DNA of 60,372 nt from the IMG/VR virus record IMGVR_UViG_3300008113_007374; one strand, written 5' to 3'. A program made the translations under genes and the position numbers. The notes below the pieces were generated by a model. It did no database searches. It had not been told where the DNA came from and saw only the letters and a list, made by a program, of their open reading frames with translations. How positions within the stretch are numbered: position 1 is the first letter of the stretch; the number at the start of each line of letters is the position of its first letter. Of this stretch, positions 50,564 through 60,247 are shown piece after piece. The DNA is from an uncultured virus (IMG/VR IMGVR_UViG_3300008113_007374) (taxonomy: Duplodnaviria; Heunggongvirae; Uroviricota; Caudoviricetes).

Positions 50564-51631
50564 ATGGAATTAGAAAAAATTAAAAAAATTGAAGGTTCGA
50601 TTCAAAACTTAAAGGACAAAACTGCTAGGATTTATCTTTTAGTTCAAGACACAAAAGGTAACCCTAAAGCATCGATAAAATACATTTATGATATCGCATT
50701 AACTTTGAAAAACTCAGGTTATAACCCTACAATTATTCATGAAACTAAAGAATATGATGGAGTTTCTTCTTGGTTAGGTGAAAAATATATGGAGTTACCT
50801 CACCAATCAATTGATGGTCAAAATTTAGCAATTTCACCTGAAGATATTATTGTTTTACCTGAACTTTACGGTCACGTAATGGAACAAATTAAAAACCTAC
50901 CTTGTGGTAAAATTGTGATTTGTCAAGCATATGACCATATGTTAGAGACATTAGCCCCTGGAGTAACATGGAGTCAATATGGATTTTTTAAATGTATTAC
51001 AACATCTGAAAATCAAAAAAAATACGTATCTGAGATTATGAAAAATGTTAGTATTGATGTATTAGCCCCGTATATATCTGAAGTTTTTTCTAAAAAAGAT
51101 AAACCATCTAAACCTATCATCTCAATACACACAAGAGACCAAAGAGATACTGCAAAAATTATTAAAACTTTTTATTTAAAATATCCACAATATAGATGGA
51201 TTACTTTTAGAGACATGAGAGGAATTAACATGGAAGATTTTTCTAAATTCTTAAAAGAATCATTTTTAAGTGTGTGGGTTGATAATGAATCGTCATTTGG
51301 CACTTACCCGTTAGAATCAATGCTTTCAGGGACGCCAGTTTTAGGTAAAGTTCCAAACATGATTCCTGAATGGATTTCAGAAGATAATGGTATATGGACA
51401 AACCAATTTAATGATATTGTTGATATCATCGGTAACTTTATACAAAATTGGTTAGAGGATAATATTTCAGAAACTCTTTATGAAAATATGGAAAAAACAT
51501 CTTCACAATACACCGATAAATCAAAATTTGAGTCCTCAGTTTTAGATTTATTTAACGAATATTTTACAACAAGAGAAGTTGCTTTCCAAGAACAACTTAA
51601 TAAACTAAATGTAATGGAAGAAACAAAATAA
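50564..51631 (+). CDS. GT-B-like glycosyltransferase
   Basis: IVLPELY, C-terminal SSFGTYPLESMLSGTPVLG (GT4-type E-x7-E-like region). Confidence 0.65.
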   Translation: MELEKIKKIEGSIQNLKDKTARIYLLVQDTKGNPKASIKYIYDIALTLKNSGYNPTIIHETKEYDGVSSWLGEKYMELPHQSIDGQNLAISPEDIIVLPELYGHVMEQIKNLPCGKIVICQAYDHMLETLAPGVTWSQYGFFKCITTSENQKKYVSEIMKNVSIDVLAPYISEVFSKKDKPSKPIISIHTRDQRDTAKIIKTFYLKYPQYRWITFRDMRGINMEDFSKFLKESFLSVWVDNESSFGTYPLESMLSGTPVLGKVPNMIPEWISEDNGIWTNQFNDIVDIIGNFIQNWLEDNISETLYENMEKTSSQYTDKSKFESSVLDLFNEYFTTREVAFQEQLNKLNVMEETK

Positions 51632-51635
51632 TATT

Positions 51636-52442
51636 ATGGAAAACAATTTAAACGTATCGGTAATCATTCCGATTAACTCATCAAAACAAAAAGATTTTGA
51701 TTTATTTTTCGAAAGAGCTATTAAATCATTACAAATTCAAGATATTAAACCAGCTGAAATTGTAGTAGTTCACTCTGATGAAGACGGTTTAAAAAATTTA
51801 TTAGATACTTTTGATTACAGTGGTCTAACAATTAACTTTATTGAAAATAAAGGTAAGGTAGATTTTTGTTCTCAAGTAAATCTTGGTGTTGAAAACGCTA
51901 AAAATGAATGGGTTAGTATTTTAGAATTTGATGATGAATACTCAACAATTTGGTTTAAAAATGTTAAAAGATTTATTAAGGCATATCCTGAAGTAGATGT
52001 ATTTTTACCTTTAGTTGTGGATACCGATGAAAAAGGAATGTTTGTTGGATTTACGAATGAAGCTACATTTGCGGCTAGTTTAAACTCCGAAATTGGTTAT
52101 TTAACTAACGATGTTTTAATGAATTATCAAAACTTCCAAACAAGTGGAATGGTTATTAAAAAATCAACATACACAGATAACGGAGGATTTAAACCGTCAT
52201 TCAAGTTAACTTTCGTATATGAATTCTTATTAAGATTAACTTATAACTCAGCACAAATCATGACTATACCAAGAATTGGTTACAAGCACATGAATTTAAG
52301 AGAAGGTTCAATATTTTGGAGTTACAAAAATGGTCAAAACAAAATCACTGATGATGAAGTCTCATTTTGGATTGAGTCGGCCAAAAAAGAACATTTTTTC
52401 ACATCAGATAGAAATATAAAATACGAACCACAAGAAGTATAA
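51636..52442 (+). CDS. GT2-family glycosyltransferase
   Basis: VSVIIPI, QVNLGVENAKNEWVSILEFDDE, GGFK, YEFLLRL. Confidence 0.8.
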   Translation: MENNLNVSVIIPINSSKQKDFDLFFERAIKSLQIQDIKPAEIVVVHSDEDGLKNLLDTFDYSGLTINFIENKGKVDFCSQVNLGVENAKNEWVSILEFDDEYSTIWFKNVKRFIKAYPEVDVFLPLVVDTDEKGMFVGFTNEATFAASLNSEIGYLTNDVLMNYQNFQTSGMVIKKSTYTDNGGFKPSFKLTFVYEFLLRLTYNSAQIMTIPRIGYKHMNLREGSIFWSYKNGQNKITDDEVSFWIESAKKEHFFTSDRNIKYEPQEV

Positions 52443-53194
52443 TGTTTGTATCGTCAGGAACTGTATTAGAAGTTACTTACGAAGAGAAAAAGACGGAAAA
52501 AAAAGTAAAAAATAATAATTACTTCGATGTTCGTGAAGAAGAAGCGGTCAAGGCTTATATAATAGCTGAATCAAAACAAGAGAAAGAAGTTATATATAAC
52601 CAATTCTTGAGAGACCCTCTTGATAAGATGATTGAATCAATCATAAGACGGTATAAACTTTATCGGAAAGATATGAATTACAATGATATTCATTGTGATA
52701 CACATTCTTTTCTTATGACTAAAGTCGATAAGTTTAAACCCGCAAAAAACAAAAAGGCGTATTCTTACTTTGGGACTATATGTAAGAATTATTTAATGGG
52801 TCAAATTTTAAAGGACCAAAAAGAGACAAATAGAAAAATATCATATGAAGACATATCCGGTACGTTAGAAAACAGACCGGATATGGTTTACTATTTAGAG
52901 TTTGAAAAAATTGATGCTGAAAAAATAATAGACGTTTTTCTATCAGATTTAAAAAATTATGTAAACGATACTGATTTACAAGATAATGAAAGTAAATTAG
53001 GATTTGCTTTAATTGAACTTTTTGAAGATTATGGAAATATTTTTATAGGAAATGATAATAACAAATTCAATAAAAATATTGTTCTTCTTACATTAAGAGA
53101 AATGACTAATTTGAATACCAAAGAAATCAGAACTTACTTAAAAAAATATAAGACATTATATTTAGACACTTTGAGAAAAATACATAATCAATAA
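52442..53194 (+). CDS. Phage late-transcription sigma factor (T4 gp55-like)
   Basis: N-terminal NYF and KVDKFKPAKNKKAYSYFGTICKNY resemble sigma region 2 of gp55-type factors. Confidence 0.65.
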   Translation: MFVSSGTVLEVTYEEKKTEKKVKNNNYFDVREEEAVKAYIIAESKQEKEVIYNQFLRDPLDKMIESIIRRYKLYRKDMNYNDIHCDTHSFLMTKVDKFKPAKNKKAYSYFGTICKNYLMGQILKDQKETNRKISYEDISGTLENRPDMVYYLEFEKIDAEKIIDVFLSDLKNYVNDTDLQDNESKLGFALIELFEDYGNIFIGNDNNKFNKNIVLLTLREMTNLNTKEIRTYLKKYKTLYLDTLRKIHNQ

Positions 53195-53199
53195 TAAAA

Positions 53200-53206
53200 T
53201 ATTTAT
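53200..53206 (+). promoter_or_regulatory. TATTTAT putative late promoter motif
   Basis: AATATTTATTGATATG before the gene at 53211. Confidence 0.5.
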
Positions 53207-53210
53207 TGAT

Positions 53211-53579
53211 ATGAATAGAACAAGAAAAAAAGAAATTAATCTAAACAAAGATTCTGTATTAGGGTTAATGCAAGAAATTTATAATGAGTTAGTTGAGCAA
53301 AGAGCAACTGCCATTAGAATTCAAAATAAGATGTTAGCATTATTAAAAGATGCCGAAGATATGACGGTTATTGGTCCTGTAATTAAGGAGCAACAAAAAA
53401 TTATTAACGACACAATTGAAAAGAAATTAACGTTATCGAAGCTCCAATCAACTATTTGGGAAAAATCTAATAACTCAAAAGAAGAGTCTTTTAGTTTATC
53501 GGATATGGATGAAGATACTTTACAATCCCTTATCAAAAAAGATGTAGATAATAACAAAGAAGAAAATTACAAATTATAA
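53211..53579 (+). CDS. Hypothetical helical protein (122 aa)
   Basis: Coiled-coil-like ORF coupled to the next gene (TAATG). Confidence 0.6.
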   Translation: MNRTRKKEINLNKDSVLGLMQEIYNELVEQRATAIRIQNKMLALLKDAEDMTVIGPVIKEQQKIINDTIEKKLTLSKLQSTIWEKSNNSKEESFSLSDMDEDTLQSLIKKDVDNNKEENYKL

Positions 53580-55576
53580 TGGGACTTGACCTTCAAAACG
53601 ATTACGACAAAGCCAAAAGTAAAATTAGTGCCTACAAAACAACAGTAGAAACTAAAAAAACAAAGGTGCTGGAAAAAAAAGAAAACGCAACCACATCATT
53701 AGATAAAAAAAAGAGTGATGTTATAAAACAAATTAGTGAGATTGAAAATAAATCTAAGGAATTTGTTAACAAACAAAAAAACAACATTAAAAGTGAAGTT
53801 AAAAATCAACTAGAACAATTATTAGATTTATTTAAAGAAACATTTCCTCCATCTGAAAATAAAGCCTTAGACTCCCTAAGAAGAGTATTTTTAGAAGCGG
53901 CGGAAAGTACAAAAGGTAAAGTTAAAAGTATATTGGTTGATGAAATTGTATCGACATTAGGTTGTTCAGAAGAACAATCATATCAAGATAAAGTAGGTCA
54001 AGAAATTTATATTAAAGTAAGTCAGATTGATTTATTTAAAAAACTTATTTTTTCTCCTGAAGAGAAGGCGGCAAAGTATTATTATGAAACTAAAAATACT
54101 TCAGTAGGTGCAATACCATACAGTTTAAATAGGGAGTTATATAATAGATTACAAAATTTAGGTCAATCATACCAAACACAATACGGTAGTCAGTATTTTG
54201 GGGCATCAGGACAACAATTGTTTGATATTGAATATGTTCAAAGTTACCCATCAAATAACCCAACAAATTTTGGGGATTATTACAAAATAGTTTTATCACA
54301 ACAACCAAATAACACAAACACTGTTATTGATTTCTTACAGGATTATTATGAAAGTATAGAAATTTTAGGTTTAAATACAATCTATGCGGAAATGTTAAAT
54401 AATCTTTTTGGTGGATTAGATTTTAGTTTAGGGGTCTCAACCGATAAATTAAGAGAGGAAAAGAAATTTGACTTAATTATAAAAAGAATAATGGGTATTT
54501 GCTCCGACCCAACAAAAAAAATAGATGTAGGTGGAACAGCTAAATTGAATGATTTAGATTTAATCGATGACTCATTTTTTGAAATTTCTAATCAAGAATT
54601 AAGAGGGATTGAAAATGACATCAATAACATCACATCAGGGTTAGTTGAGTTTGAGTCATGTGATAATGTAAAATTACCAATTAATACTCAAGGTATTTTT
54701 AGTTCATTAGACCAAATAATAAATGAAAATACAATATCGGGTAAAGTGGATGCAATGGAGGCGGCTCTTGATGAATTATCAAAAGACCCCAATTGGACTA
54801 ACTTGGTTCCCGGTTTAGGTATTGATTTAAATATAAAGGCAGATATAGATTTAAATGTTATTACTCAAATGGCTAAAGTAATATACAGAACAGTGTTATC
54901 ACCTAAAGTTATGTTGGGGTTTTTAATAATGGTAAAGGCGATAAATAGTAATATTTCACAAACTTTAGATGACGCTTACGATGATTTAACCGAATTCATG
55001 AAAACATTTAGAAATTTTAATGTGAATATGATAAGGAAAATTTTTGCATTATTTGTTGAGGAACTTTTTACTATTATAAAAAGAGATATAAAAAAATTAG
55101 TTGAGCAACTTATTCAAGACATTATAAAAGAAGCTAAATCAAAACAATTACTTATGTATTCATCTATTTTATATGCATTATTAATATTAGGTGAAGCATT
55201 TATTGATTTTAGAAATTGTAAAAGTGTTGTTGATGAAATATTAAAACTTTTAAATTTAGGGTTAAACCAACTTAATATTGGGTTACCGTTATTTGCATTA
55301 GCATCGTCTAAACTATTAGGTGGAGTGTCAGATACAAGAGCCTTTGCAAATGCAATTGAAAACTTACAAAAATCAGGATTGCCGACAGGAGATTTACCTG
55401 ATGGAAGTCCTAATTTTATGAATAACGCATTTAAAGGTATAATTGGGGGTATGAATAAAGAACAAGCGGAAAATGGTAAAACTGAAGTTTACCTACCACC
55501 ATTAAAAGTAGTTGTTCCTGGACTTGCAGGTCCTGGTATAACAAAACCATCTAGAGGAAATGGTAAATCATATTAA
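53579..55576 (+). CDS. Hypothetical protein (665 aa), probably baseplate/virion-associated
   Basis: Long clean ORF in an operon with the spike gene. Confidence 0.55.
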   Translation: MGLDLQNDYDKAKSKISAYKTTVETKKTKVLEKKENATTSLDKKKSDVIKQISEIENKSKEFVNKQKNNIKSEVKNQLEQLLDLFKETFPPSENKALDSLRRVFLEAAESTKGKVKSILVDEIVSTLGCSEEQSYQDKVGQEIYIKVSQIDLFKKLIFSPEEKAAKYYYETKNTSVGAIPYSLNRELYNRLQNLGQSYQTQYGSQYFGASGQQLFDIEYVQSYPSNNPTNFGDYYKIVLSQQPNNTNTVIDFLQDYYESIEILGLNTIYAEMLNNLFGGLDFSLGVSTDKLREEKKFDLIIKRIMGICSDPTKKIDVGGTAKLNDLDLIDDSFFEISNQELRGIENDINNITSGLVEFESCDNVKLPINTQGIFSSLDQIINENTISGKVDAMEAALDELSKDPNWTNLVPGLGIDLNIKADIDLNVITQMAKVIYRTVLSPKVMLGFLIMVKAINSNISQTLDDAYDDLTEFMKTFRNFNVNMIRKIFALFVEELFTIIKRDIKKLVEQLIQDIIKEAKSKQLLMYSSILYALLILGEAFIDFRNCKSVVDEILKLLNLGLNQLNIGLPLFALASSKLLGGVSDTRAFANAIENLQKSGLPTGDLPDGSPNFMNNAFKGIIGGMNKEQAENGKTEVYLPPLKVVVPGLAGPGITKPSRGNGKSY

Positions 55577-55577
55577 T

Positions 55578-55778
55578 ATGGAATCTAAAGAAATAAAAGA
55601 CGTATTGGAAAATTATAAAAATAAACCTAACCAAAGTTTGACCGAAGTTATGGATTATTTAAAAAATGATTTTGATAGCACAAAGGAGTTAATTATTAAA
55701 CTAACCCACCATCTGGATATTACGGAAAAAGAATATAATAAAATTTACGAAGAATATAAAAAAAGAATAAATGGCTAA
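55578..55778 (+). CDS. Small coiled-coil hypothetical protein (66 aa)
   Basis: ATG at 55578 just after the upstream stop; MESKEIKDVLENY... Confidence 0.6.
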   Translation: MESKEIKDVLENYKNKPNQSLTEVMDYLKNDFDSTKELIIKLTHHLDITEKEYNKIYEEYKKRING

Positions 55779-57339
55779 TAATTACATAGACGGACAACAA
55801 ATATTTTTTGGCACGTGTCTTGGAAGTGATGACCCTTTGATGTTGGGTAGGGTTCGTGTTTTACCTGAGACTATGAACGAAGCGTCATTGGCAAATTCAA
55901 ATTCTAAATTTGATGAGAACTCAACTGACCCAAATAAAAATGGTCCTTGGTCCGATGTTGACCCATTTGTTTATTTACCATTGTTACCCTATTTTGTGAA
56001 TCAAGTTCCAAAAAAAGGTGAAAAGGTGATGTTATTTTATTATAACACAAACACAAAAACAGGTAGAAATAAATTCTACATGATTAGTACTTTTTCATCA
56101 CCAACAACTATTAAGTTTGAAGATGCATCTTCTTCACAAACAAGATTAAATTCAGGATACGGTAATTCATCAAAAAAATTACCACCAATTAAAAATCAAA
56201 ATGGAACTTATAAAAATGAAAAAAACAAAGGCGTATTTCCTGAACCTGTAGATATATCTTTAAATGGTAGAGATAGTGCCGATTTAATTTTAAAAGAAAG
56301 TGAAGTATTACTAAGAGCGGGAAAACATAAAAATTTCTCAACAGGTCAAATACCTGAAGCCGATAGTAAAAGAGCTTTTTTACAATTATCAAAATATGAT
56401 ACTGATATTACTTTTGGTAATGCCGAAAGTAAAACAAAATTAGTTCAAAATAAAACCCCGATTAAATACCTTGTTGAATATGACGTATTAAACCCTGAAA
56501 ATCAATTTTCAGCATTTACGGGTGTTTTATACATTTACCAACTAAGAACTGAAAGACAGGCGGAAAAAACTTTGACAGGTAATTTTAATGTAACTACTAA
56601 TATCGATTTAACAGGGACAACAGATGGGGTCCAATTAATAAGAATGATTAATTTTCCAATAGGTTTAAGTTTAGATGAACTTTCAACTCAGATTAATCAA
56701 AGATTAAGAAGTATTATAACAGACCCATCAACAACATTATTATCACCAACAGTTCAGAAAAATCAACAATACCCGTTTTATTATAGACCATCTAAAAAGA
56801 TTTTTAATTTAATTACTAATCCGGTTTCAGGTCAATTTATATCGTCAGCAAATATGGCAAAATTGACATCGATGGTTAAAATATCAAGCGCTGATAAGAT
56901 TCCTGGTTATGGTTTAGTTTTAGATTCAAAATTATCACCAAACATTCCATTTGAAAAACAAAGTTCAGCATATGCTCCATCAACTTCTAAACTATCCGAA
57001 AATACTGTAGCATTATTAGGTGGAACTAAACTATACTTGTTATCTAATGAGACATCAATTGAAGGTAAATCTCAAATAAACTTCAATAAAGGTATATATG
57101 GGTTTGAACAAAACGATTTAATTGATGATATTGAGCCAAATACATCATCAATGGTTAGAGGTGAGGAGTTATTAGAATTACTTCAACTCATTGTTAAATT
57201 CTGTATTACACACGTTCACCCTTACCCCGGATTACCTCCAACACCAACAACAGTTGATGGAACGACAGTTGACGATTTATTATCAAATATGTTAAATGCT
57301 TATCAAAAAGTTTTGAATAGTAATATTCGACTTAACTAA
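55771..57339 (+). CDS. Baseplate central spike (gp5/gpV-like) with N-terminal OB fold
   Basis: DDPLMLGRVRV, VPKKGEKVML; C-terminal MVRGEELLELL...THVHP metal-binding apex; no lysozyme motif seen. Confidence 0.7.
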   Translation: MANNYIDGQQIFFGTCLGSDDPLMLGRVRVLPETMNEASLANSNSKFDENSTDPNKNGPWSDVDPFVYLPLLPYFVNQVPKKGEKVMLFYYNTNTKTGRNKFYMISTFSSPTTIKFEDASSSQTRLNSGYGNSSKKLPPIKNQNGTYKNEKNKGVFPEPVDISLNGRDSADLILKESEVLLRAGKHKNFSTGQIPEADSKRAFLQLSKYDTDITFGNAESKTKLVQNKTPIKYLVEYDVLNPENQFSAFTGVLYIYQLRTERQAEKTLTGNFNVTTNIDLTGTTDGVQLIRMINFPIGLSLDELSTQINQRLRSIITDPSTTLLSPTVQKNQQYPFYYRPSKKIFNLITNPVSGQFISSANMAKLTSMVKISSADKIPGYGLVLDSKLSPNIPFEKQSSAYAPSTSKLSENTVALLGGTKLYLLSNETSIEGKSQINFNKGIYGFEQNDLIDDIEPNTSSMVRGEELLELLQLIVKFCITHVHPYPGLPPTPTTVDGTTVDDLLSNMLNAYQKVLNSNIRLN

Positions 57340-57340
57340 G

Positions 57341-57348
57341 TATTTATA
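57341..57348 (+). promoter_or_regulatory. TATTTATA putative late promoter motif
   Basis: GTATTTATAGATAAAACAAACATG. Confidence 0.6.
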
Positions 57349-57360
57349 GATAAAACAAAC

Positions 57361-58839
57361 ATGTCAATTTATAGGTCTTATTTTAGTAAGTCAAATACGA
57401 TATTATATAACTCATATACTAATACGGGTAGAAATCCTATTGTTGAGTTATTTTATGGTAATTTAAGTAACTCAGCAACACCTACAGGTTTTAGTAGATA
57501 TATATTCAATATTGATTTGTCAGGTCTAACTGCAAACTATAACAATAAAGTAATTGTAACAGGTTGTAGTGTTAACCCAACACATACTTTAAGAATGACA
57601 AATACTTCTTTTTTTGATAATGAATTATTAAACGATAAAACAAGTCAAGGTAGAAGGAGAGCAACCTCATTTGACTTACAACTATTAAGAATACCAAAAT
57701 ATTCAGGTTCAACGGGGGCAGTTCAAACTTGGGATAGTGGTGTTGGTTATGATTATTATGATTTTGGAGTTACAAATTTTAACGATAGGTCATTTTCTAA
57801 TAGGCCATCAAATTGGTTTCAAACAACAACAATATCAGGGTGGTCAACTCCAGGTATATATAACAACACAAATTCATTAACAGGTTTAACGGGATTAAAT
57901 TATTCAGCACTTACTGTCGTTGATACACAACATTTTGAATACGGTAATGAAGATATTGAGTTCAATATGACCAATGAAATAAATTCAATATTAACAGGAG
58001 GAACAACTGCACCTGCGGGATGGATAATTGCCTACCAACCATCTGTTGAAAATATTTCAGGATTAACTGAGAATTATTCAGTTGGGTTCTTTTCTCCACA
58101 TACTCAAACATTCTACGAACCATTTTTAGAAACAAACTATAATGACTTTATTGACGATGATAGGAATACTTTCTATGCTGGAAATGTAAATAACCTATAC
58201 CTATATGTTTATGAAAATGGAAATGCGGTTAATTTGGATTCTAATCCTACTGTAGACATTTTAGATAGTAATGAAGACCCAATACAAGGTTTCACAGGTT
58301 TGACTACGTGTCAGGTCACAAAAGGGGTATATAAAGTGGTTGTAAATGGATTAACAGGAACAACAATTCCATGTTTATATTATGACCTATGGAAAGGACT
58401 ATCAATTAATTCAACATCAATATCTAACGTTCAAAATGAATTTGTAATGTTAGCTAAGAATGGAAATTACACAATAGGTTCCACAACAAATAGTCCTAAA
58501 ATATACGGGTTTTCTTACAGTGGTATTAAACAAAATGAACAGATTTTAAATACAGACGTAAGAAAAGTTGACGTTACTATCAAACAAGCATATAGTCCAA
58601 ATAAAGTTTTAAATAATATTGAGGCGTATTACCGAGTATATGTTAAAGAAGGTGGTAATACTGAAGTCCAAGTTCAAGATTGGACAAGAATAAATAAAAC
58701 TCCTGATTCTTACTACTTTATATTTGATACTACAGACAAGATACCTAATGAATATTTTATTGATTTAAAGGTGGTTTCTGATAGAAATATAGATACTTAT
58801 AAAAGGGAACTTCAGTTCCAAATTGTTAATAAAAAATAA
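57361..58839 (+). CDS. Ser/Thr/Asn-rich virion structural protein (492 aa)
   Basis: Beta-rich composition, late motif upstream, many [ST]G x [ST] motifs. Confidence 0.55.
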   Translation: MSIYRSYFSKSNTILYNSYTNTGRNPIVELFYGNLSNSATPTGFSRYIFNIDLSGLTANYNNKVIVTGCSVNPTHTLRMTNTSFFDNELLNDKTSQGRRRATSFDLQLLRIPKYSGSTGAVQTWDSGVGYDYYDFGVTNFNDRSFSNRPSNWFQTTTISGWSTPGIYNNTNSLTGLTGLNYSALTVVDTQHFEYGNEDIEFNMTNEINSILTGGTTAPAGWIIAYQPSVENISGLTENYSVGFFSPHTQTFYEPFLETNYNDFIDDDRNTFYAGNVNNLYLYVYENGNAVNLDSNPTVDILDSNEDPIQGFTGLTTCQVTKGVYKVVVNGLTGTTIPCLYYDLWKGLSINSTSISNVQNEFVMLAKNGNYTIGSTTNSPKIYGFSYSGIKQNEQILNTDVRKVDVTIKQAYSPNKVLNNIEAYYRVYVKEGGNTEVQVQDWTRINKTPDSYYFIFDTTDKIPNEYFIDLKVVSDRNIDTYKRELQFQIVNKK

Positions 58840-58841
58840 TT

Positions 58842-59309
58842 ATGAAAAATTTAGATTCAATTATTAAAAAAGTTTTAAAAGAAGACCACGATATGAGGTC
58901 TAATAGATATATGTTCTTTTCTAATTTAGAACAAATAAGAAGACAATGTGATTTGTTATTAGACTTAGACCAATCGATGGTTGAAGGTATTTTAGATAAT
59001 GGCCATGATTGGGCTCAAGACCATATTGCCGAAGCAAAAAATAACATGGACCAAGTATTTGATTTTATTATGAATGAATCAAAAAAAGATGGTATGGAAC
59101 TTTCTATGAATATTGATGACAAAGATATGGTAATGGGTGAAGGTAGAAAAAAAACAGGTACTAAGCTATGTGCTCGTGGTAAAGCAGCAGCTAAATCTAA
59201 GTTTGACGTTTATCCTAGTGCATATGCAAATGGTTATGCGGTTCAAGTATGTAAAGGTAGAATGCCAGGATTAGATGGTAAAAAACATTGTTCAGGTGCT
59301 TATTGTTAA
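58842..59309 (+). CDS. Hypothetical two-segment protein ending in a basic Cys-containing YPSAYANG domain
   Basis: Leader IIKKVLKE, helical DWAQDHI segment, C-terminal KLCARGKAAAKSKFDVYPSAYANGYAVQVCKG. Confidence 0.6.
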   Translation: MKNLDSIIKKVLKEDHDMRSNRYMFFSNLEQIRRQCDLLLDLDQSMVEGILDNGHDWAQDHIAEAKNNMDQVFDFIMNESKKDGMELSMNIDDKDMVMGEGRKKTGTKLCARGKAAAKSKFDVYPSAYANGYAVQVCKGRMPGLDGKKHCSGAYC

Positions 59310-60244
59310 AGCGAACTTAAAATATTTTTAATAATTTTTTCTAAGGACTCATTTTGGGTCCTTTTCTTTTTTGGTTTGTATGAAGTCATCACAGGTTTTT
59401 GACCTTTACCCGATTGTGGGTCATTTTTTTCAGCCCTTCTTTTTTGTGCACATGCCGCTCTTTTAGCCGAATCACTCATTTTACCTGCAACACCTGAGGC
59501 TCTACATTTAGGGTAAGCTCCTTTTGAAGTGTCAGGTCTGCCACAAGGTGGATGTTTACCATCAACCTTTCTACAAATATTCACCCATGGTCCTTTTGGT
59601 TGACTAGACCCTTTTGGTTTTTTCTTTTTACCAAACCAAACAGCTAAATCTTCGTTTATAGTATGAGCTCCGTGAATATCTAATTTATAAGAACCATCTT
59701 TATTAGGTTCCCAATGACCAACATACCCTTTTTTATTGTCTTTAAGTGTTTTTTGTTTTTTACTATGATTAAATATACTATCTACAAATTCAGTATATGG
59801 GTCTAATTCATTTTTTTTCCATTTTTTTAAACCGACGGAAACAGGTCCATTGTACATTCCTGCACTTGTTGAGGTTGATGTTTCGTTTAAATTAATACTA
59901 TCTAATTCAACCCACTCTTTAATTGGGACGATATTTTTATTTTTACCCGGAAATTGATTTATTGGATTCCCCTCAGTATCGCTAAAAGTTGCATCGGGGT
60001 GTTTTTTAATAAAATTATATATCTTTTTTGCCATTTTTTCTTCTTTACCTATTTGTTTTTTACTTCTTTCCATTTTACCATCATATGAATCATACGCTAA
60101 ATCGGGACTTTTGTACTTTGAGTCTTCTATAGTAAACGGGGCTAAAATGTTTTTTTTAAAATATCTTTCACCTGGCATTAACGGAGCAATATAACTACCT
60201 CGTGAACCACCAGTGACCGTAGCCTCATTTATTTTTTTTCTCAT
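59306..60244 (-). CDS. Hypothetical multi-segment protein ending in a basic WF..WV..CGR..YPKC domain
   Basis: Segments begin after INE, LNE and INE; last segment DLAVWFG...PWVNICRK...PPCGR...YPKCR. Confidence 0.65.
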   Translation of the reverse strand: MRKKINEATVTGGSRGSYIAPLMPGERYFKKNILAPFTIEDSKYKSPDLAYDSYDGKMERSKKQIGKEEKMAKKIYNFIKKHPDATFSDTEGNPINQFPGKNKNIVPIKEWVELDSINLNETSTSTSAGMYNGPVSVGLKKWKKNELDPYTEFVDSIFNHSKKQKTLKDNKKGYVGHWEPNKDGSYKLDIHGAHTINEDLAVWFGKKKKPKGSSQPKGPWVNICRKVDGKHPPCGRPDTSKGAYPKCRASGVAGKMSDSAKRAACAQKRRAEKNDPQSGKGQKPVMTSYKPKKKRTQNESLEKIIKNILSSL

Positions 60245-60247
60245 AAC

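Noticed and set aside
30697..52442. Glycan locus as a host chromosomal LPS/capsule island, implying a prophage boundary or chimera
   Set aside because: Same composition, gene-coupling style and apparent GATC avoidance as the flanks; interleaved with phage-type dUTPase, exonuclease, PhoH and sigma genes; no integrase or export genes.
53211..53579. Terminase small subunit call for the 122-aa ORF
   Set aside because: Size and helicity fit, but no diagnostic motif and no large terminase gene nearby.
1186..56392. About 30 short ORFs (60-130 aa) in the ORF track lying antisense to or out of frame within long genes, e.g. 1186-1389, 10082-10471, 13644-13898, 27061-27351, 41875-42162
   Set aside because: Fully nested in well-supported genes, no recognisable motifs, composition typical of shadow ORFs.
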